Shown here piece after piece: positions 60,031 through 64,000 of a DNA stretch of 64,000 bases. The stretch is from Devosia sp. 67-54 (GTDB lineage: Bacteria; Pseudomonadota; Alphaproteobacteria; Rhizobiales; Devosiaceae), in assembly GCF_001899075.1 (NCBI RefSeq), contig NZ_MKVA01000002.1, positions 261,468-325,467 on the forward strand. The letters are read 5' to 3'. The position numbers and the translations under genes were made by a program. The notes beneath the pieces are model-generated. The model had not been told where the DNA came from. It ran no database searches and saw only the letters and a list, made by a program, of their open reading frames with translations. Every line of letters starts with the position of its first letter. The stretch's first letter is position 1.

Positions 60031-61644
60031 ATGCGAAGTGTGAAGTGGGCCGGGTGGGGAGCCGTGGCCGCGGCCGCATTGGTCGTGGCCATGAGCGCGA
60101 GCGGCGCGCTGGCGCAGCAATCCGTGCACAGGACCGGCGGCCTGCCGACGCCCGAGGCGGAAAAGCAGTCGATCCCGCAGGCGCCGGTGTTCCGCGATTT
60201 CCTGCCGCAGGCGGTGGATCTGTCGCGCTACATGCCGGCGGTGGGCGACCAGGCCAACCAGGGCTCGTGCGTGGGCTGGGCCACGGCCTATGCGGCGCGC
60301 GCTTATTACGCGCAGCAGGTCGAGCATCGCGACATCAGCCTGCCCGAGAACATCCCGAGCCCGGCCTGGCTGTTCGACATCATCCACCTCGGCGACGATT
60401 GCGACGGCGGCGCCTACATTCCCGACGCGATGCGGGTGCTGATGCGGGGCGCCTATTCGCTCAAGGATTTCCCCTACGACGACACCAAGTGCCCGCGGCC
60501 GATCATCGTGCAGCGGAGCAAGGCGACCGACTTCCGGATCGACAGCTTCGAGCAGGTGTGGGACCAGCAGGAGCCCGATCTCGACAAGGTCAAGGGGGCG
60601 CTGGCGCGCGGCAATCCGGTGGTGATCCTCGCCTCGCTCGACAAGGCGTTCTGGGACATCTCGCCGGCGCATCCGGTGTGGCAGTCGGACAAGAGCAAGA
60701 AGGACGAGGGCGGGCACGCCATCACCCTGGTGGGCTATGACGACGCCACGCAGACCTTCAAGTTCATCAACCAATGGTCGACGCAATGGGGCGTCGATGG
60801 CTATGGCAGGATGAGCTACGACACCTTCGCGGCGCGCGTCTACCAGGGCTACATCATGCACCTGCCGGGCGATCCGCAGGTCAGCCTGATCGATGCCGAT
60901 TTCGTGGCCGACGTGCAGAACAAGGCGACGCCGCCGGTCAACACGCCGCCGCCGTCGGTGTTCCGGCCGCCGCTCAACGTGCGGCCGACCAGCGCCGACC
61001 GCGATCTCGAGGCGGCGCTGCCGCCGCCGGATCTCGGCCAGCTCGCCTGCGGCCGCGTCGACATCAGCACCGATGCGAACGGCAACCGCGTGGCGGTGGG
61101 CTTCGTCGGCACCCAGGCGGAGCTCGACAAGGTCGACGAGGCGCTCAAGGGCCGTGTCGACGACAACCAGGTGGCGCTGGCGCCATGGCCGGCCTGCGAG
61201 GTGCGGCTGACGCTGGCGAGCCAGCTCGCCGACAGCGATACGCCCGCGGCGGTGATCGATCCGGCGGCGCCCAAGGTCGGCGACAGCGTGCAGATCGGGA
61301 TCGAATCGCCGGGCTTCGCCAGCTACATGTACGCGCTGTATTTCTCGGCCGACGGCAGCGTGATGAGCCTGACGCAGCCGAGCTCGGCGGCGCTCAGGCC
61401 CAAGGCGGCGCACACCCAGCTCAAGTTCGGCGACGCACAGCCGGACACCGTATCGCTCGAGGTGGAAAAGCCGGTGGGCGACGAGATGCTGCTGGTGATG
61501 GCATCGGAAAAGCCGCTGTTCGACACGGCGCTGCCCGACAGGCAGACCGACCGGGCGTTCCTCAGCGCCCTGCGCGAGGCGACGCTGGGCGGCGGCGCCG
61601 GCCGGGTCACGGCGAGCATCCTGCCGGTGACGACCACCGAATAA
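60031..61644 (+). CDS. secreted papain-like (C1-type) cysteine peptidase fused to a DUF4384-like C-terminal domain
   Basis: ATG 60031 inside track ORF 59935..61644. Signal MRSVKWAGWGAVAAAALVVAMSASGALA. QGSCVGWA (Cys codon 60268..60270), GGHAITLVGYDD (His codon 60715..60717), NQWSTQWG. C-terminal GDSVQIGIESPGFASYMYALYFSADGSVMSL resembles DUF4384. Confidence 0.75.
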   Translation: MRSVKWAGWGAVAAAALVVAMSASGALAQQSVHRTGGLPTPEAEKQSIPQAPVFRDFLPQAVDLSRYMPAVGDQANQGSCVGWATAYAARAYYAQQVEHRDISLPENIPSPAWLFDIIHLGDDCDGGAYIPDAMRVLMRGAYSLKDFPYDDTKCPRPIIVQRSKATDFRIDSFEQVWDQQEPDLDKVKGALARGNPVVILASLDKAFWDISPAHPVWQSDKSKKDEGGHAITLVGYDDATQTFKFINQWSTQWGVDGYGRMSYDTFAARVYQGYIMHLPGDPQVSLIDADFVADVQNKATPPVNTPPPSVFRPPLNVRPTSADRDLEAALPPPDLGQLACGRVDISTDANGNRVAVGFVGTQAELDKVDEALKGRVDDNQVALAPWPACEVRLTLASQLADSDTPAAVIDPAAPKVGDSVQIGIESPGFASYMYALYFSADGSVMSLTQPSSAALRPKAAHTQLKFGDAQPDTVSLEVEKPVGDEMLLVMASEKPLFDTALPDRQTDRAFLSALREATLGGGAGRVTASILPVTTTE

Positions 61645-61669
61645 GCGGGGCGGCCAGAGCGACGCAAAC

Positions 61670-61697
61670 GGGCCGGCGCGATGCCGGCCCATTTTCT
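61670..61697 (+). terminator. rho-independent terminator after the C1 peptidase gene
   Basis: GGGCCGGC-GCGAT-GCCGGCCC followed by ATTTTCT. 8-bp GC stem, 5-nt loop, T-rich tail. Confidence 0.7.
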
Positions 61698-61827
61698 ATG
61701 CGTCTCATGATTTCGCTGCATTTTTGCCCAAGCGTGTGGTTGCGCGGCGGACCGAACGACCCCATGTTGGCCCTGGGTCGCCCCACATAACTGGAACCAG
61801 GTTCACTCCCCCCGCCGAGGAGAAGGC

Positions 61828-64000
61828 ATGCCGCACGATACACCCCTGATCTCGACGATCGTGGCGGGCCTGGTGCTGGCGTTCGTCTTCGGTGCGGCGG
61901 CCAACCGGCTGAAGATGCCGCCGCTGGTCGGCTACCTGATCGCCGGCGTGCTGGTCGGGCCGTTCACCCCGGGGTTCGTCGCCAATGCCGAGCTCGCCAC
62001 CGAGCTCAGCGAAATCGGCGTGATCCTGCTGATGTTCGGCGTGGGCCTGCATTTCTCGCTCAAGGACCTGCTGTCGGTGCAGGCGGTGGCGGTGCCGGGC
62101 GCGCTGCTCAGGATCGCCGGCGGCACGGTGATGGGGCTCGGCCTCGCGCTGCTGATGGGCTGGTCGTGGGGCGGCGGCCTGGTCTTCGGCCTGGCGCTGT
62201 CGGTGGCCTCGACCGTGGTGCTGCTCAAGGCGCTGCAGGACCGGCATCTGGTGGATTCCGACCGCGGCCGGATCGCGGTCGGCTGGGTGATCGTCGAAGA
62301 CATCGCCATGGTGCTGGCGCTGGTGCTGATCCCCGCCTTTTCCGGAATCATGGGCGGCACGGCGCAGGAATTGCACGATCCGTTCGTCGACGTGGTCGAG
62401 CGCATCTTCGGGGTCGAGCTCAACATCTGGGGTATCCTTGGCGTCACCGTCGTGAAGCTCGGCGCCTTCGTCGGCTTCATGCTGGTGGTGGGCCGCCGCG
62501 TCATTCCGTGGATCCTGCACCTCACCGCCCACACCGGCTCGCGCGAGCTGTTCCGGCTGGCGGTGCTGGCCATCGCGCTCGGCGTCGCGGCGGGGGCGGC
62601 GTATCTGTTCGGGGTGAGCCTGGCGCTCGGGGCGTTCTTTGCCGGCATGATCCTCAGCGAAAGCGAGCTCTCCAACCGCGCGGCGCAGGAGAGCCTGCCG
62701 TTCCGCGACGCCTTCGCGGTGCTGTTCTTCGTCGCCGTCGGCATGCTGTTCGACCCGATGATCCTGGTCACGCATCCGTTCGAGGTGCTGGGCACGCTGT
62801 TCATCATCATCGTGGGCAAGTCGGTGCTCGGCTTCTTCCTGGTGATCGCGCTCAGGCGCCCGGTGGGGGCGGCGCTCACCATCTCGGCCTCCCTGGCGCA
62901 GATCGGCGAATTCAGCTTCATCCTCGCGGCGCTCGGCGTCGGGCTCGGGCTGATGCCGCGCGATGCGCAGAGCTATATCCTCGCCGGGTCGATCATCTCG
63001 ATCCTGGTTAATCCGCTGCTGATGTTCGTGGCCGAGCATCTGCGGCCACGGCTCGAGGCGCGCATCGCGGTCAATGCGCCGATCGTGGTGCCGACGCGGG
63101 TCGAGCCCGAGCTCAGCGGCGCCGCGGCGCCGCCGCCCGAGCCGGTCGAGGCCAGCGACGAGCGGCTGCCGACGACACTCAACGGCCATGCGGTGCTGAT
63201 CGGCTATGGCCGGGTCGGCACGGTGGTTGCCGACGGCCTCAAGCGGCAGGGCACGCCGTTCCTGCTGATCGAGGACGCGGAAAAGCGCGTGGCCGCGGCG
63301 CACCAGGCGGGCATCGAGGTGGTGGTCGGCAACGCCGCGAGCGGCAAGGCGCTGGCGCTGGCCAATGTCGCGGGCGCCCGCACGCTGCTCGTCGCCATCC
63401 CCAACGCCTTCGAGGCGGGGCAGGCGGTGGAGCAGGCGCGCAAGGTCAACGACAAGCTGCACATCGTGGCGCGGGCGCATTCGGACGAAGAGGACAGCTA
63501 TCTGCGCGATCTGGGGGCCAACGAGGTCATCATGGGCGAGCGCGAAATCGGGCTCGGCATGCTGGGCTGGACCGAGGCCGAGATGGTGCAGGATGCCCAA
63601 TCCGGAGCGCGGACGCAGGCGGGGATGGATGCGATCGCCGCAGCGCTCAAGGTCGAGCCGATCCTCGCGCCGGTGCAGCCGGTGGTGACGCCGGCGACGG
63701 ACGTGCCGCCGGCGCCGGTGCTGCCCGACCCCGAGGCGGTGCCGGCGGAAGAGCTCGAAGCCGCGATCGAGGCGGCGCATCCGGCGCATGTGATCGAAGG
63801 CGCGGCGGAGCCGGCGGCCGTGGTTCCGGCGCTGGGCGAAATGCCGGTCGAGGCAGAGGACGAAGCGGCTGCGGAGCCGCCGGAGGGCGGGCCGCAGGTC
63901 GCGCCTGCCGCCTATGTGGTCGCGCCGGTGGTGACGCCGCAACTGCCGCTGGTGGCCGAGGTGCCGACGGCCGAGGACGTGCCGGTCGTCGTGCCCGAGC
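61828..64000 (+). CDS. CPA2-family K+/H+ antiporter with TrkA-N domain (YbaL/Kef-like); 3' end beyond the window
   Basis: Open-ended, so absent from the track. ATG 61828 after GAGGAGAAGG. MPHDTPLISTIVAGLVLAFVFGAAANRLKMPPLVGYLIAGVLVGPFTPGF ... GVILLMFGVGLHFS. HAVLIGYGRVGTVVADGL at 63187... I found no stop in this frame in the stretch I translated, 63181..64000. Confidence 0.85.
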   Translation, partial: MPHDTPLISTIVAGLVLAFVFGAAANRLKMPPLVGYLIAGVLVGPFTPGFVANAELATELSEIGVILLMFGVGLHFSLKDLLSVQAVAVPGALLRIAGGTVMGLGLALLMGWSWGGGLVFGLALSVASTVVLLKALQDRHLVDSDRGRIAVGWVIVEDIAMVLALVLIPAFSGIMGGTAQELHDPFVDVVERIFGVELNIWGILGVTVVKLGAFVGFMLVVGRRVIPWILHLTAHTGSRELFRLAVLAIALGVAAGAAYLFGVSLALGAFFAGMILSESELSNRAAQESLPFRDAFAVLFFVAVGMLFDPMILVTHPFEVLGTLFIIIVGKSVLGFFLVIALRRPVGAALTISASLAQIGEFSFILAALGVGLGLMPRDAQSYILAGSIISILVNPLLMFVAEHLRPRLEARIAVNAPIVVPTRVEPELSGAAAPPPEPVEASDERLPTTLNGHAVLIGYGRVGTVVADGLKRQGTPFLLIEDAEKRVAAAHQAGIEVVVGNAASGKALALANVAGARTLLVAIPNAFEAGQAVEQARKVNDKLHIVARAHSDEEDSYLRDLGANEVIMGEREIGLGMLGWTEAEMVQDAQSGARTQAGMDAIAAALKVEPILAPVQPVVTPATDVPPAPVLPDPEAVPAEELEAAIEAAHPAHVIEGAAEPAAVVPALGEMPVEAEDEAAAEPPEGGPQVAPAAYVVAPVVTPQLPLVAEVPTAEDVPVVVPE

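Noticed and set aside
61700-61790. Short ORF MRLMISLHFCPSVWLRGGPNDPMLALGRPT upstream of the antiporter gene
   Set aside because: It has no SD and an odd composition. It lies between a terminator and the next gene's promoter, so it is probably non-coding.

Overview
Very GC-rich, densely packed chromosomal segment that looks alphaproteobacterial (Rhizobiales-like). The cues are a GTTC-N7-GTTC SOS box, GGAA-N6-TTCC IolR boxes, an iolY-iolR-iolCDEB-type layout and GC-rich palindromic intergenic repeats. I call about 50 protein genes. Most long track ORFs opposite them are high-GC antisense artefacts. I saw no rRNA, tRNA, CRISPR array, transposase, integrase or phage gene. Gene content in order:
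- 1-7.6 kb: a murQ / Dpp-like peptide ABC importer / serine-hydrolase operon with a divergent RpiR/MurR regulator.
- 7.7-14.8 kb: a PotD-type ABC importer, then GntR, uxuA and an SDR.
- 14.9-18.8 kb: a tight Gfo/Idh/MocA + DUF993 + sugar-phosphate-isomerase + TetR operon of unknown function.
- 19.1-25.7 kb: an opgG-(small ORF)-opgH-opgC glucan operon, extended by a PIG-V-like GT-C membrane protein and a single-pass membrane protein.
- 25.7-38.6 kb: a purine/nucleoside block. It holds two paralogous adenine deaminases, a nucleoside 2-deoxyribosyltransferase-family protein, a BMP-type nucleoside ABC importer, a nucleoside hydrolase, an MtaD/TRZ-ATZ-type amidohydrolase and a LacI regulator. Two identical 19-nt sites containing a perfect 14-bp palindrome tie the block together.
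- 38.6-39.9 kb: a translationally coupled GATase1-like protein and a stand-alone RarA/MgsA C-terminal-domain protein.
- 40.0-41.3 kb: an SOS-box dinB.
- 41.3-51.3 kb: a complete inositol catabolic locus.
- 51.4-59.1 kb: alpha-2-macroglobulin (with an N-terminal PAN/Apple domain) plus pbpC.
- 59.4-64.0 kb: an orphan rmlC, a secreted papain-like (C1) peptidase fused to a DUF4384-like domain, and a partial YbaL-type K+/H+ antiporter.

Honest assessment: this reads as ordinary metabolic and envelope chromosome, not a mobile or defence island. I found no compelling brand-new system. The best candidates for undescribed biology are the LacI-coupled GATase1-like + MgsA_C-only pair next to dinB, the DUF993 operon, the adenine deaminase-NDT coupling with a duplicated deaminase, the in-frame-stop/opgI-like ORF in front of opgH, and the extra genes appended to the opg operon.
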